A stretch of DNA of 34,259 nt from Octopus bimaculoides (taxonomy: Eukaryota): contig NC_069002.1 of the NCBI RefSeq assembly GCF_001194135.2, positions 16,285,199 to 16,319,457 on the forward strand. Direction: 5' to 3'. The notes below the pieces were generated by a model. That model had not been told where the DNA came from and searched no databases. It saw nothing but the letters and a program-made list of their open reading frames with translations. This document shows, piece by piece, positions 1 to 11,490 of the stretch (positions are counted from its first letter, which is position 1; each line of letters begins with the position of its first letter). A program made the translations under genes and the position numbers.

Positions 1-384
1 AAGTATCTGTCACTACAGTATCGAAATGTGATTGTTTCAGTTAGTGGAATAGTTTCATTTTTAAAGTGAAAGTATTTGACATGAGTGTTTTTGTTTCACT
101 TTTGACACGTAATACTTAAATAGTGGAGGAGATATTATGTTGCCGTGTGCTCGAACTCTGCAAGAAGTTAATAATTTTTTTTGACTAAAACACAACTGGA
201 ACCCTAAGTAAGGCATGTGTAAAATTTGAATGAAATTGGTTGCGTAGTTCTCGAGTTTTAGGGATTCACACAGACAGACAGACAGACAGACAGACACACA
301 TTCTCATTTTTATATATATAGATATATACACACACACACACGCACACACACATATGCTTTCTATCATACATCTGTTCAATCATC

Positions 385-790
385 TTTTTTTTTTCTCCCT
401 GGCTGAGTCAAAAGGAAAGGATGGTTCCTATCACCTTCACATGTCCAAATGGACTGTGGCTGTTAATGGTTCTCTTAACCCTTTACATGTCACTATCTGC
501 AGGAACACTAGGGGAATGACATTCTGGAAAGGACTGGGTGTAGTGATTAGTGATGGGCCAGGCAGGATTGAACAAAGCAGGTACGATAAGAGAAGGAGTG
601 GTGAGTGGATCAGGCATGGGTCCAGCTAGTTTCGAGGGACAGAGGCCATTATAGTTGAGGTAGAAACGGCAGAGAGAGTGAACATGTTTCTTATGGGGCA
701 GAAGCTGGAGTGTATTTTGGAGTGGTTTTGTGTCAATCAGCTGGGTGAACCCTAAAAAAAGGGGGGGGACCAACAGGATAGTCAGAACTT
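385..790 (-). mobile_element. CR1/L2-like non-LTR retrotransposon, 3' end of ORF2 plus short 3' UTR (decayed)
   Basis: The minus-strand ORF 483-806 contains LIDTKPLQNTLQLLPHKKHVHSLCRFYLNYNGLCPSKLAGPMP...TNHYTQSF. This resembles the post-RT C-terminus of CR1/L2-group ORF2 (pattern SLxLFYRYYxGxCSxEL...RTxxYxxSF). An A-rich end lies near 385 on the minus strand. Family assigned from motif memory, not a search. Confidence 0.55.
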
Positions 791-859
791 GATGATGTTT
801 GATCATAAGTTTACTTGTTTGTGGTTAACCTGTGGCTAAACAACAACACAATTTGTTGT

Positions 860-975
860 CATCATCAACACCTTCGTCATTGTCGTCGTCATCATCGTCA
901 TCATCATCATCATCGCCATCGTCATCATCATCATCATCATCATCATCACCATCATCATCATCATAACAACAACCA
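860..975. repeat. (CAT)n/(CGT)n trinucleotide microsatellite
   Basis: Visible tcatcatca/tcgtcg run; produces the poly-Asp ORF 825-1031. Confidence 0.95.
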
Positions 976-1684
976 TTGTCAGCATTTCTAATCACACCGA
1001 CATTCCTTCTCCCCCTATCCCCTGCCACCACACTCTGTCCTCAAACTGTTGCAGACAGATGATGCAACCGGATGCACATGACGGCATAAAGAAAACAACT
1101 TTGGGTGAATGCAGTGAACATCTGTTGACTGAATGCATAAACATCACCACAACGCCCAGGGCATGTAGTACAACTGACTGGGATAGAAGTGCAATTAAAT
1201 GCACATTAGGGTGCACAGTTCAGGAAAATACAGAAACTGAGTGTATACATCTGTTAATTGAATTTAGGAAACTACATGTGGTATCACCGTAGCAGCCAGA
1301 ATAGAGAGTAATAAAGTAAATACACCTGGCAGGTGCACCAGGTAATTCAATGCAGACAGAGTGATTAAGTGCAGATATTATTTAGTAATGCTGCATCTCT
1401 GGTGTCACTAACAGACCAGATGTTCTTCGTTTCCTGGCAGACATTGAAAATGGTTGGAATCTCTTTGGCAGTGACGGGGGTACAAGGCAGGTGGGGAGCA
1501 GATGTTTCTCATTCCAGTGGTTGTTCATATTCTTGCTATAGTTGTTTTTGTCAAAGTAGTAGTAGTAGTAGTAGTTTTTGTTGTTGTTGTTGTGGAGTCA
1601 TAGGTCAACTCTGAGAAAGCCATTCCAACCATCATGGCCATTTGAATTTCAAACATATTACCCTAAGACATTCCCAACTCACAT

Positions 1685-1865
1685 ACACCCCTCCTCTTCC
1701 CCTACCTCAGATCCCTGACTAACTCCTACTTCTAGTCCTTTCCTGCCATTACATCAGCCCTCTGGAAATTCCTTTCAACTGATCATGAGAAATCGTAACC
1801 ACATCAATCTCACAGATCTTGGAGGTCCCATCAAAGCCATGGACACAGCTCTTTCCCTTCAGATC
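1685..1865 (+). mobile_element. Second, more degraded CR1/L2-like 3' fragment
   Basis: Translates with stops and frameshifts as PRSLTNSYF*SFPAITSALWKFL...NHINLTDL, resembling the conserved RTxxYxxSF..TSxLWNxL tail of this ORF2 class. Confidence 0.35.
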
Positions 1866-2170
1866 AAATCAACTAAAATAGAAAGTATCCATAGGTAATT
1901 GGCCATATTCGATATTTTCATGGAGAATCTTCTTGGTGAACTAAAGTCATTTAGAATAAGATGTTCTCTTGAAAAGCACAACAAAATGGTGAAGGTTGCA
2001 CTTCTAAATATACATAGAACCTGGCTTCTATAAATATTTAGTGTAGTATCTACTTGTCTATTTCTCCACTGATGCTTATTCTATCACCAACAGCATCTTG
2101 TCTCATTCTTCTATAATTAAGGGTTCACAGAATGTCTGGAGGGAGGTGACCCAACAAAACATGATAATTC

Positions 2171-2395
2171 ATGGTTGTGTGATTAAGAAATTAACTTTCG
2201 AACTGCAAGGTGTCAGGCTCAATTCCACTGAAGAGCATTTATGGTTGTGTGATTAAGAAATTCGCTTTCTAATTTTAGGATTTCAGGTTCGGTTCCACTG
2301 AAGAGCATTTTCGAGCAACTATCATCTATCATAAACTTAACTCAAACAAAATCTTGTAAATGAAATTTAATAGACAGAAACTGTATGGAAGCCTG
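2171..2395 (+). mobile_element. Degraded SINE family A copy with a tandemly duplicated tRNA-like head
   Basis: Two 70-bp units (2171-2240 and 2241-2310) begin atggttgtgtgattaagaaa and end ttccactgaagagcattt. The following sequence, ending gacagaaactg...gaagcc, matches the family A copies at 3341 and 27507. Confidence 0.6.
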
Positions 2396-2823
2396 ACAGA
2401 AGGAATTTTCCTGTTTTCTTGAGACTTAATCAATTATTCAGTTTAGCGTGAAAATCTGGTTGTTGGATGTTTTTAGTAGGTTCCATTTCATTGCAAACAT
2501 TCAAGTCAGCATTTCAGCCCAAGGAAAATTCTAGACTTCCCCCCAGTCCTTTTGTGCCCACCACCTCCCATCCCTGCTGTTCTTCAGTTTCTGATTAAGC
2601 CATTAAAATATAATTTATAAACATCAACTTCTTTCCTAGCCACCTTCCTTATTTCATCACTCATCACCATTTCATCATTCTTTCATCACTCTTTCATCAC
2701 TCATCACCCATTTCTCTTTCTGTTTGATTTACAATCTTTCATATAAACTAAATGATTTCATTTTAATCTTCATTAATTTCTTTAATTCTTCATCGTTATT
2801 CTTTTTGTTTTTCTTGTTTCCAG

Positions 2824-3074
2824 TTCCATTTTGGACATCCTACCGCTTCCTGTTGGCCATTCTAGGATTCTTGGGATTTGTAAACATTTACACAATTCGT
2901 GTGAACATGTCTGTGGCAGTGGTATGTATGGTGAACCACACAGCTGTCCTTGGAACTTCAGCAACAAACCCCTACAACACCACATTCAACGACACATCTA
3001 CCAATCTTGAGGATGATATTTGTCCTGTTAACACTGATACAAATAGTGCTGAAAAAAGCAAAGGCAAGGCTGAT
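2824..3074 (+). CDS. SLC17-family (sialin-like) anion transporter, first coding exon seen in the window (TM1 and luminal loop)
   Basis: Polypyrimidine tract and ttccag acceptor end at 2823; donor GTAAGT at 3075. 251 nt, phase 1 in and phase 0 out. Encodes (x)PFWTSYRFLLAILGFLGFVNIYTIRVNMSVAVVCMVNHTA...KGKAD. RVNMSVA is the SLC17 TM1 signature; NHT, NTT and NDT are N-glycosylation sequons in the loop. Confidence 0.95.
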
Positions 3075-3340
3075 GTAAGTATTATGTTCTTTATCATGAT
3101 ATTTGTGCTTGGCTTTGACACATTGTCACATAAGCATTTACTAACAAAAACAAGAGCACCCATTATTATTGGCATAAATGTGAATCTGTAATCCAGATAT
3201 AGAAGCTGGAGGTTTCAAAGCAATTGTCCATAGATAGTTATCTTCTTTCTCTTTGATTTTCAAAAAGATATTCACATCAGCAGGGCAGCTGAACTCTAAG
3301 ATGGTACATATTTTTTTTCTTGTCTCTCTTTTATTCTTTT

Positions 3341-3549
3341 ACTTGTTGCTGTCATTTGACTGTGGCCATGCTGGAGCACCACCTTTTAGTCAAAGAAATC
3401 CACCTCTGGACTTATTCTTTGTAAGCCTGGTGCTTATTCTATCACTTCTGCCAAACCATTAAGTTATGGGGACGTAAACACATCAAGATCGGTTGTCAAG
3501 CAATGGTGGTGGGGAGGGGTCAAACACAAACACACAGACATAAATATAT

Positions 3550-3605
<56 letters not shown>

Positions 3606-3776
3606 TTATATATATACAACGGGCTTCTTTCAGTTTCCGGCTACCATATCCACTCACAAGGCTTTGGTCGGCCCGAGGCTATAGTAGAAGACACTTGCCC
3701 AAGGTGCCACGCAGTGGGACCTAACCTGGAACCATGTGGTTGGGAAGCAAGCTACTTACCATACAGCCACTCCTGC
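3341..3776 (-). mobile_element. SINE family A (tRNA-derived head, internal (TA)/(CA) microsatellite), near full length
   Basis: The minus strand begins gcaggagtggctgtatggtaagtagcttgcttcccaaccacatggttccaggttaggtcccactgcg, with A-box and B-box-like motifs. It aligns along its length with 27507-27968. Confidence 0.9.
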
Positions 3777-4154
3777 TGGTCTTCTTTGAAATATGTTAAC
3801 CCTGTTGTTTGGGGGTTGTATAGTGGTCATCAGTAAAAGAGTGCTTCCTGAAGAGCCCACTTCTGACACTAGGATGGTCTCAATATTAAGTTCATGTATT
3901 TGTAACTGTTGTTTAGCAGGTGGTGTCTGAGAGAGAGACAATACGAGATTCAAAGGTTGTCTGCATGGATCTCATGTCCCCACTTCCTTCTTCTCAAGTA
4001 GAGTCTGTCGATATCACTGTTTCCAGTTGATGTCATGATTTTACAGGTTTTAAGGTCAATGGAGTGGATTTTTTCAACAGACAGTCGAGTACCCCAAATG
4101 AGGGAATCAATGCCAGTACTGCAAGTGCAGAGTTCCAACTGCTATATTTTCCTA

Positions 4155-4548
4155 AGCAAGCGAAAGCGAAATCGGGATAGCACCTGTGCCCAGCGTCGCC
4201 TTTCTGGCACTTGCGCCCGTGACATGTGCAAGGATTTTCGAACGAGATCGTTGCCAGTGCCCCTGGACTGGCTCTTGTGCGGGTGGCACATAAAATACAC
4301 CATTTTGAGTATTGCCGTTGCCAGTACCGCCTGACTGGCCTTCGTGCCGGTGGCACGTAAAAAGCACTCACTACACTCTCTGAGTGGTTGGCATTAGGAA
4401 GGGCATCCAGCTGTAGAAACTCTGCCAAATCAGATTGGAGCCTGGTGTTGCCATCTGGTTTCACCAGTCCTCAGTCAAATCGTCCAACCCATGCTAGCAT
4501 GGAAAGCGGACGTTAAACGACGACGATGATGATGATGATGATGATGAT
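4155..4548 (+). mobile_element. RTE-type LINE 3' UTR fragment with (GAT)n tail, CpG-rich (young) copy
   Basis: Ends ggaaagcggacgttaaacgacgacgatgatgatg. It is homologous to the UTR attached to the RTE ORF2 C-terminus in the minus-strand copy at 17041-18070. Confidence 0.85.
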
Positions 4549-4764
4549 AATATTCTTGGGTCACTATTTTTATTCACAGTACCTTCTTCATATGATATAA
4601 TTTCATCAATGCCTTGGTTTTTGTAGCATTCTTTGTAGGGGACAGGAGAGACAGAGAGACTATTGAGTTACAGGCTCTGGTATTGAGGGACTGATTTTAC
4701 ACATGCAACATATACAAACATTTGTGACCAAATTTCATTCCTATGTCAGCTGTATGTATGTATT

Positions 4765-4870
4765 GTATATATGTAGGTATTGTATATATGTATGTATGTA
4801 TGGATGGATGGATGGATGGATGGATGGATGGATGGATGGATGGATGGATAGAAGCATGTATGTATGTAAA
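4765..4870. repeat. (ATGT)n and (GATG)n tetranucleotide microsatellites
   Basis: Visible runs; explain ORF 4703-4930 (GWMDGWMD). Confidence 0.95.
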
Positions 4871-5299
4871 TATGTCAGGTCATTCTTAGTGCTACTAGTA
4901 ACATGTAACCTAGTGCAAATTGTTGCATGACTAGGCCATCATTTACTAAACCGGCAACCCTACCAGGACTGCTTGATAAGGAGGGTGGTTTCATTGAAAA
5001 CTCTGTAGGACCAAAAACAAACCCTACCAAAAGATGGACAAGCTCCGTTGACCAATTGCTATCCAACAAATGAGAATGAGAAATCCCTAGTCTTTGTTTA
5101 GACATTTCTCAAGAAGGAAACTTCTGATGTTACACCTACAATTTCATTTGCATCAAATGATGTATTCTAGTGCTCCACTTTTTAAAAAATGCATATTTTG
5201 TATAGAGAGTAAGATTGATCCTGTGTAAGACCTTTTCTACCTTTAAAAAGCTTCAGGTTGGGTCATCACTTGATTTTTAGCATCTATATTACATATGCG

Positions 5300-5480
5300 T
5301 TGCTGACCAGAGTTGAAAAAGGTAAAATACTCCATGAAAAATTCTGAGATAGAATGAAGGTGGTAACTCTCTGAACACCTGTTGCAAGAGGTGCCCATCA
5401 TTGCCATATTTGAGCAAAAGATTGTTGGTCCCCAGCAGGACTGGAAAGTCATACTCATGCTGCTTTATAAGAACAATCAA
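5300..5480 (+). mobile_element. Possible highly degraded RTE ORF2 fragment (pre-RT region)
   Basis: Frames give EGGNSL and PQQDWKVILMLLYKN, weakly resembling the RTE motif GG..L...VPQDWKDA.I..LYKNKG. Weak. Confidence 0.3.
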
Positions 5481-5519
5481 GCAATGGTATTGTTCGAAAT
5501 TGAGTTGCAGCCCTTATGA

Positions 5520-5882
5520 ACGTATATATGTATGATTGCATTGCATTTGTGTACTTGTGTATTTATGTATCTATGCATGTATGTATGAATATATGTATGT
5601 ATATATATGTATATATGTATATATATAAGTATGTTTGTATATATGCTTGTATGTAGGTTTGTATGTACGTATGTATGTGTGTATGAACGAACGACTGAAT
5701 AAGCTGACTTCTGTCACATAGATGTGTGTATGTGTATGTGTGTGTGCGTGTGCATGTGTGTGTCTATGTGTGTGTGTGTGCGTGTGTCTGTGTGTGTGTG
5801 TGTGTCTGTGTGTGTGTGTGCCTCTGTGTGTGTGTGTGTGTGTGTNNNNNNNNNNTGTGTGTGTGTCTGTGTGTATGTGTGT

Positions 5883-5930
<48 letters not shown>
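5520..5930. repeat. (AT/ATGT)n and (GT)n microsatellite block with a 10-N gap
   Basis: Visible dinucleotide runs; N at 5846-5855. Confidence 0.95.
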
Positions 5931-5931
<1 letters not shown>

Positions 5932-6223
5932 GGCACTCACCAATAATGTTTTATGAACACAGAATCCATTAGATTTCTTAATATTTCAAAAATGGTTCTG
6001 CAGGAATTCCGGAAGGAATTCTTTGTATCGATGTATTTAGCAATGAAATATCATTAATAGACATTCAATTATTTACCTCATTAAACTTTTTTTGCTTGAA
6101 ATTGCTTTTAACAATTTCTTAGAAAATTATATCAAACTGTTTAAATTCCATTAATTTCTAAAAGACATTTCTGTTAGAAGAGTTTCTGAAATTCTTTGAC
6201 TCTTTTACTGGTTTTGGAGAAAT

Positions 6224-6362
6224 GGGGCTGGGCAGACTTGTTAGATCATCTGATATAATGTTTTGCATTATTTGCTCCAGCTTTTTCCGTTCTGAGTTCA
6301 AATCCTGCTGAGGTCAACTTTGGTTTTCATTCTTCCAGGGTCAATAAAATGAAGAACTAGTC
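6224..6362 (+). mobile_element. Degraded SINE family B copy
   Basis: ttctgagttcaaatcctgctgaggtcaactttggttttcattcttccagggtcaataaaatgaag matches the B-box core of the copy at 14386-14612. Confidence 0.65.
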
Positions 6363-7043
6363 ATTTCTTTGCATTAATTTACTCAACAAACCTCTCCCCT
6401 AGTTTCATGCCAATTAAGAAATATTTTCACTGTTTTCTCAATATTTAGTCATAATTATTGATCTATCATGAATTTCAATCTTATTTTATCAATCACTAAC
6501 TATAACTTGGTGTGGCCAAGTGGCAGGCTGTAAATGTCCCGGAAAATAAATATTGAACTATAATTCCCATCCTTAATGAGATGAAATTATTACTTTAATC
6601 ATTTATTTTATGTTTATACAAGTTGGATACAAGTTGCTAATGGCTCAAATAGGTCATTGTATGCTTGTCAATGGTGAGAGCATTGCTAAAACATCTTTGC
6701 AACTCAATCAAAACAATGTTATTACTTAGGTTTGAAAATCTTGTTTTATTGATTTTTCTCAATGAGGTTTACATTTTTACTGATATACATTAGTGATTCA
6801 TACACACACACACACACACATGTATTTCTATGTACTTAAGTATGTATACATATTATGTCAGGTTGCTCCTAAGTGCTTCAAATGACAAGTAATCCAGTCC
6901 ATCATGTTACATGACTAGGTCATCAGTGACACTCCAACAGGACCAGCTGAATGAAGGGGGAGGGGTTCCAAGAAATCCTGACAGACAGAAAAAGACTTGT
7001 CAAAAGACTGGTTAGTCTGGCACCTTTCTATCTATCATTTTTT

Positions 7044-7224
7044 ACTTGTTTCTGTCATTAGACTGCGGCCATGCTGGGGCACTGCCTTGAAGAATTTTAG
7101 TTAAATGAATCGATCCCAGCATGCATTATGTTTTAAGCTTGGTATTTATTCTATCAATCTTTTTCCAAACAGCTACGTTATGGGGATGTAAACGCACTAA
7201 CACTGGTCATCAAGTGGTGCTGGT

Positions 7225-7262
<38 letters not shown>
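7044..7262 (-). mobile_element. SINE family A, 3' half only
   Basis: acttgtttctgtcattagactgcggccatgctggggcac...acactggtcatcaag followed by (CA)n; homologous to 27507-27700. Confidence 0.85.
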
Positions 7263-7264
<2 letters not shown>

Positions 7265-7339
7265 TTGTAGGATTCACCAGAATCAAGGTATTTTAATGCT
7301 AAGGACACCAAACAAGGTTTCGAAATCCACACATCCATA

Positions 7340-7405
7340 TACAAACATATACAAACATATACACCATATACACCATATACACCATATACACCATATACAC
7401 CATAT
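7340..7405. repeat. 9-bp tandem repeat (catatacac)n
   Basis: Directly visible; yields the HIHHIHHIH and VYGVYG ORFs. Confidence 0.9.
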
Positions 7406-7575
7406 ACAAACATGTCAGCCTATACCCATACATATACAAACATATTCATACTCACATACACACATACAGGAACACACCACTATACACATACTTACAGATA
7501 TACATGTACATGAAATTATACACCCATGCACATCAGCATGCAGTTTCATGGTCCAGTGTAAGTTCCAGAGCCAAA

Positions 7576-7788
7576 ATTCAGATTATTCTCTCAAATATAA
7601 TGCTTATTTTTTCACATTGTTTCGAATTAATCATGCATTGTCTTGTGAGTTCAAACTTTTGATAAAGTGATTATTTATTTTTTACAATATTATAGGGTAG
7701 GTGTGAGATGTTGAATCTGACCAGTTTGAGCATAAAAGAGGCAGAATGTTTTAGCCAAATATGGCTGGTTTAAATCCTAAAGGGTTAA
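7576..7788. mobile_element. Probable piggyBac-like non-autonomous element (MITE), only one terminus recognisable
   Basis: The right end reads ...cctaaaGGG-TTAA (7782-7788), the CCC/GGG plus TTAA hallmark of piggyBac. No matching left terminus is visible. The interior resembles a repeat I recall from octopus sequence. Confidence 0.4.
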
Positions 7789-8014
7789 GGTCCACTACAG
7801 CTGTTTCAGACATGCTTTTTATTGTTGAAAAATTTGATTACATCGGGGGGAAAAGAAGTCCAGTGGCTTTGGGTGAATTAAAATTTGAAATTCGGTTTGG
7901 AGAAAAAAAAAAACCAAGATGTAGAATGTGGATTGACCCTCTCATTTTGGTCACAAATAAGAACCAAATTTTGCATTTTATGGCTGGTGCTGGTGTTGGT
8001 GACATGTAACAACT

Positions 8015-8250
8015 TCCATGCCAGTGACACATAAAAGAACCTGTGACACGTAAAAGATTCCATACCAATGACACAGAGAAGGCACCCACTACACTCTGTT
8101 GAATGGTTGGCATTAGGAAGAGCATCCAGCCATAGAAACCAAGCCAAAACATATAACTGGAACTTGGTGCAGCTCTCTGGCTTACCAGTTCCACTCAAGT
8201 CGTCTAACCCATGCCAGCATGGAAAGTGGACATTAAATGATGATGATGAT
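8015..8250 (+). mobile_element. RTE-type LINE 3' UTR fragment with (GAT)n tail
   Basis: ggttggcattaggaagagcatccagccatagaaacc...ccatgccagcatggaaagtggacattaaatgatgatgatg; same family as 4155-4548. Confidence 0.8.
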
Positions 8251-8854
8251 GTTGAATTCACCTGAAGAAAACATTACTCTTTTTTTTAAGAGAAAACATT
8301 TCTTTTTTAAAAGAAAACATTTTTTTTAAAAGAAAACATTTCTCTTTTTGTGTTAACAACAAACAAGATGAGGACAAATATCCGTCAAATGTAAATAATG
8401 TAAATAATGTACATAATTCCTCATCTCTTAAATATAGAACAACATTTCTCTTTTCATGATGTATTCGAATTATTCATCAATAAAAAACACATCTGAAACA
8501 GCTGTAGTGAACTTTAACTCATTTGTGTTCATTCTTGTGAACTTTAACTCATTTGTGTTCATTTTTTGTTTTAAATTGACATGACTCTAAGANNNNNNNN
8601 NNNNNNNNNNNNNNNNNNNNNNNNNNNNNNNNNNNNNNNNNNNNNNNNNNNNNNNNNNNNNNNNNNNNNNNNNNNNNNNNNNNNNNNNNNNNNNNNNNNN
8701 NNNNNNNNNNNNNNNNNNNNNNNNNNNNNNNNNNNNNNNNNNNNNNNNNNNNNNNNNNNNNNNNNNNNNNNNNNNNNNNNNNNNNNNNNNNNNNNNNNNN
8801 NNNNNNNNNNNNNNNNNNNNNNNNNNNNNNNNNNNNNNNNNNNNNNNGTATGTA

Positions 8855-9228
8855 TAAAATCAAAATAAGCAACAAAGATATCCAAAGTTAATGCAGTACA
8901 ATCGTTTCATGCGACTCCATTTATTTAAGCAATGTGAACATTACATCAAATGTAAAATGCAGAGCAATCCTCAGCTGCACAAAGATATAGAAATTTACTC
9001 AAATTACATTTCAACAGGACATACCGTTGTAACTACATTTAAACTCTCCAAGTGCAAAGGAAGAATAAAAAAAAACCATTTTGATTTAGCCAATCCATAC
9101 AGGCTAGTATTTTACATTTAATGCATTTTACATTTGATGTAATGTTCACATTGCTTAAATAAATGGAGTTGCATGAAACGATTGTACTGCATTAACTTTG
9201 AATATCCTTGTTGCTTATTTTGACTTTA
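8855..9228. mobile_element. Fold-back/MITE-like element with 107-bp inverted arms and a 160-bp spacer
   Basis: 8855-8961 is the reverse complement of 9122-9228 with 4 mismatches (counted by hand). Confidence 0.75.
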
Positions 9229-9307
9229 ATCAACTTATTTTGGAATTGTATGGATAATACCATACTTAATTCTGGTGCCTAAACTTAAGTACCATATTCA
9301 CCTTGAA

Positions 9308-9352
<45 letters not shown>

Positions 9353-9999
9353 NNNNNNNNNNNNNNNNNNNNNNNNNNNNNNNNNNNNNNNNNNNNNNNN
9401 NNNNNNNNNNNNNNNNNNNNNNNNNNNNNNNNNNNNNNNNNNNNNNNNNNNNNNNNNNNNNNNNNNNNNNNNNNNNNNNNNNNNNNNNNNNNNNNNNNNN
9501 NNNNNNNNNNNNNNNNNNNNNNNNNNNNNNNNNNNNNNNNNNNNNNNNNNNNNNNNNNNNNNNNNNNNNNNNNNNNNNNNNNNNNNNNNNNNNNNNNNNN
9601 NNNNNNNNNNNNNNNNNNNNNNNNNNNNNNNNNNNNNNNNNNNNNNNNNNNNNNNNNNNNNNNNNNNNNNNNNNNNNNNNNNNNNNNNNNNNNNNNNNNN
9701 NNNNNNNNNNNNNNNNNNNNNNNNNNNNNNNNNNNNNNNNNNNNNNNNNNNNNNNNNNNNNNNNNNNNNNNNNNNNNNNNNNNNNNNNNNNNNNNNNNNN
9801 NNNNNNNNNNNNNNNNNNNNNNNNNNNNNNNNNNNNNNNNNNNNNNNNNNNNNNNNNNNNNNNNNNNNNNNNNNNNNNNNNNNNNNNNNNNNNNNNNNNN
9901 NNNNNNNNNNNNNNNNNNNNNNNNNNNNNNNNNNNNNNNNNNNNNNNNNNNNNNNNNNNNNNNNNNNNNNATATATATACATATATATATATATATATA

Positions 10000-10160
10000 A
10001 ATGAGTTTCTTTCTGTTTATAACTATCAAATTCACTCACAAGTTTTTTGTTGGCCCGAGGCTATAGTAGAAGACATTCATCCAAGGTGCCATGCAATGGG
10101 ACTGAGCCCAGAATCATGTGGTTGGGAAGCAAACTTCTTACCACACAGCCATGCTTGTGC
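10000..10160 (-). mobile_element. SINE family A, 5' (head) half next to (TA)n and a gap
   Basis: caaattcactcacaag...ggcccgaggctatagtagaagaca...ccacacagcc matches 3650-3776. Confidence 0.85.
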
Positions 10161-10972
10161 CTACAGGATCAATTCATCCATTCATCCATCTGTTTTCTCT
10201 GCCCACTGTTCCAGAGAATATTCCTTTACTATCTCTGAAACCATAAGGTTCTATTTCTAGCAGACCGAGGCAATAATATGTAATGGTCTCCTTGTGGCTT
10301 TTCAGAGAGAAATACAGTAAATAAAACCTGTTTCCAGTTTTGGTTTTTATTTGTTTTTTTCTAAATATCTACCTCAATTCCATCTCCTGGCATAAAACAT
10401 TGTCACAACCACTCACAAAATTAAATCTCTTGGATAAATATTTAAATGTAGGTTTCAAAAAGTGAAATCTGTCAAATAAATAAGAACTGTTTGGTGGAGT
10501 AAATATTGAAGTTCTTTGAAAAACTTTGATGATTTCCAGACGGTGGAATAAAATTTGTCAACTTTAACTGATCTGTTAGATTTTTGAGTGAGAGTCCAAC
10601 TTTCTAGAAATAGCCAAAACTCACTCAAATCACATCTTACTATCTTTAAAAATGAAAGAACACATAATATAGTTGTACTTGCCCCTAAAATGGTGAGATA
10701 GCTGTGGCTAGATTGGTTTTCGTCATATGTCATCTCAAATGAAAATGGTTTGTGACTAAACAACAAACAAAATGGAAGCAGAAGGTCAGAAGTTCATGGA
10801 GAATGCTTCAATTGATTCATTTGATCCTAGTATTTGAGCAGAATTTTTAATTAATTGACCTTAGAAGGATAATAAGTCCAGTCGACCCCAACAGGATTTG
10901 AACTCAAATCATTTTGACTGACACTCCTGCAATTCTACTTCATTCTTTTAGTTAAAATAATATTAATACTAA

Positions 10973-11160
10973 AGGTGGTGAGCTGGCAGAAACATTAGCA
11001 CACCAGGTGAAATGCTTAGCGGCATTTTGTCTGTCGTTACATTCTGAGTTCAAATCCTTTCGGGGTCAATAAATTAAGTACCAGTTGTGTACTGGGGACA
11101 ATCTAAACGACTGGCCCCCTCCCCCAAAATTTCAGGCCTTGTGCTTAGAGTAGAAAAGAA
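10973..11160 (+). mobile_element. SINE family B (tRNA-like head GGTGAGCTGGCAGAA, B-box GAGTTCAAAT), internally deleted
   Basis: Homologous to 14386-14612 but lacks the roughly 25-bp segment after gagttcaaat. Confidence 0.9.
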
Positions 11161-11261
11161 TAATATTAATACTGATTTCCCAAATCCTTGGTTAGCATAT
11201 AGTAGTAGTGGTAGTGGTAGTAGTAGTAGTAATAACAACAACAATAGTGTTTTCTACAACA

Positions 11262-11490
11262 GGCATAAGGCCTGAAATTTTGAGAGAGAGGGAACTTGTC
11301 AATTACATCAGCCCTAGTACTAAACTGATTCCTATTACATTGACCTCAATGTGCAACTGGTACTTAATTTATCAACCCCGAAAGGATGAAAGGCAAAGAC
11401 AACCTCAGCAGAATTTGAACTCAGAATGTGCAGACAGATGAAATGCTGCTAAGCATTTTGCCCGGCGTGCTAATGATTCTGCCAGCTCAC
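11262..11490 (-). mobile_element. SINE family B, inverted relative to 10973-11160
   Basis: atttgaactcagaatgtgcagacagatgaaatgctgctaagcattttgcccggcgtgctaatgattctgccagctcac is the reverse complement of the family B head. Confidence 0.9.

Noticed and set aside
1-2823. Candidate first coding exon of the SLC17 gene (e.g. ATG at about 1840 to donor ag|gtaatt at about 1895; ORFs 1059-1292 and 1369-1614)
   Set aside because: The candidates give phase 0 or 2 donors or contain stops, whereas exon 2824 needs phase 1. The 1840 candidate also lies in a LINE remnant.
2724-3191. ORF-track extensions of exons (2724-2823, 3075-3191, likewise 11811-11945 and 32558-32650)
   Set aside because: These are intronic read-through of T-rich sequence beyond clear splice sites; SLC17 similarity stops at the junctions.
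5571-5972. HT-, CV-, YI-, poly-N, poly-I, poly-D and poly-M ORFs here and at 825, 14098-15358, 16581-16837, 18017-19062 and 31894-33443
   Set aside because: They are translations of di- and trinucleotide microsatellites and N gaps, not genes.
8271-8565. Four ~20-bp aagaaaacatt repeats and a 30-bp duplication gtgaactttaactcatttgtgttcatt
   Set aside because: These are short AT-rich slippage-type repeats, probably within another repeat fragment. There are no unique spacers, so this is not CRISPR-like.
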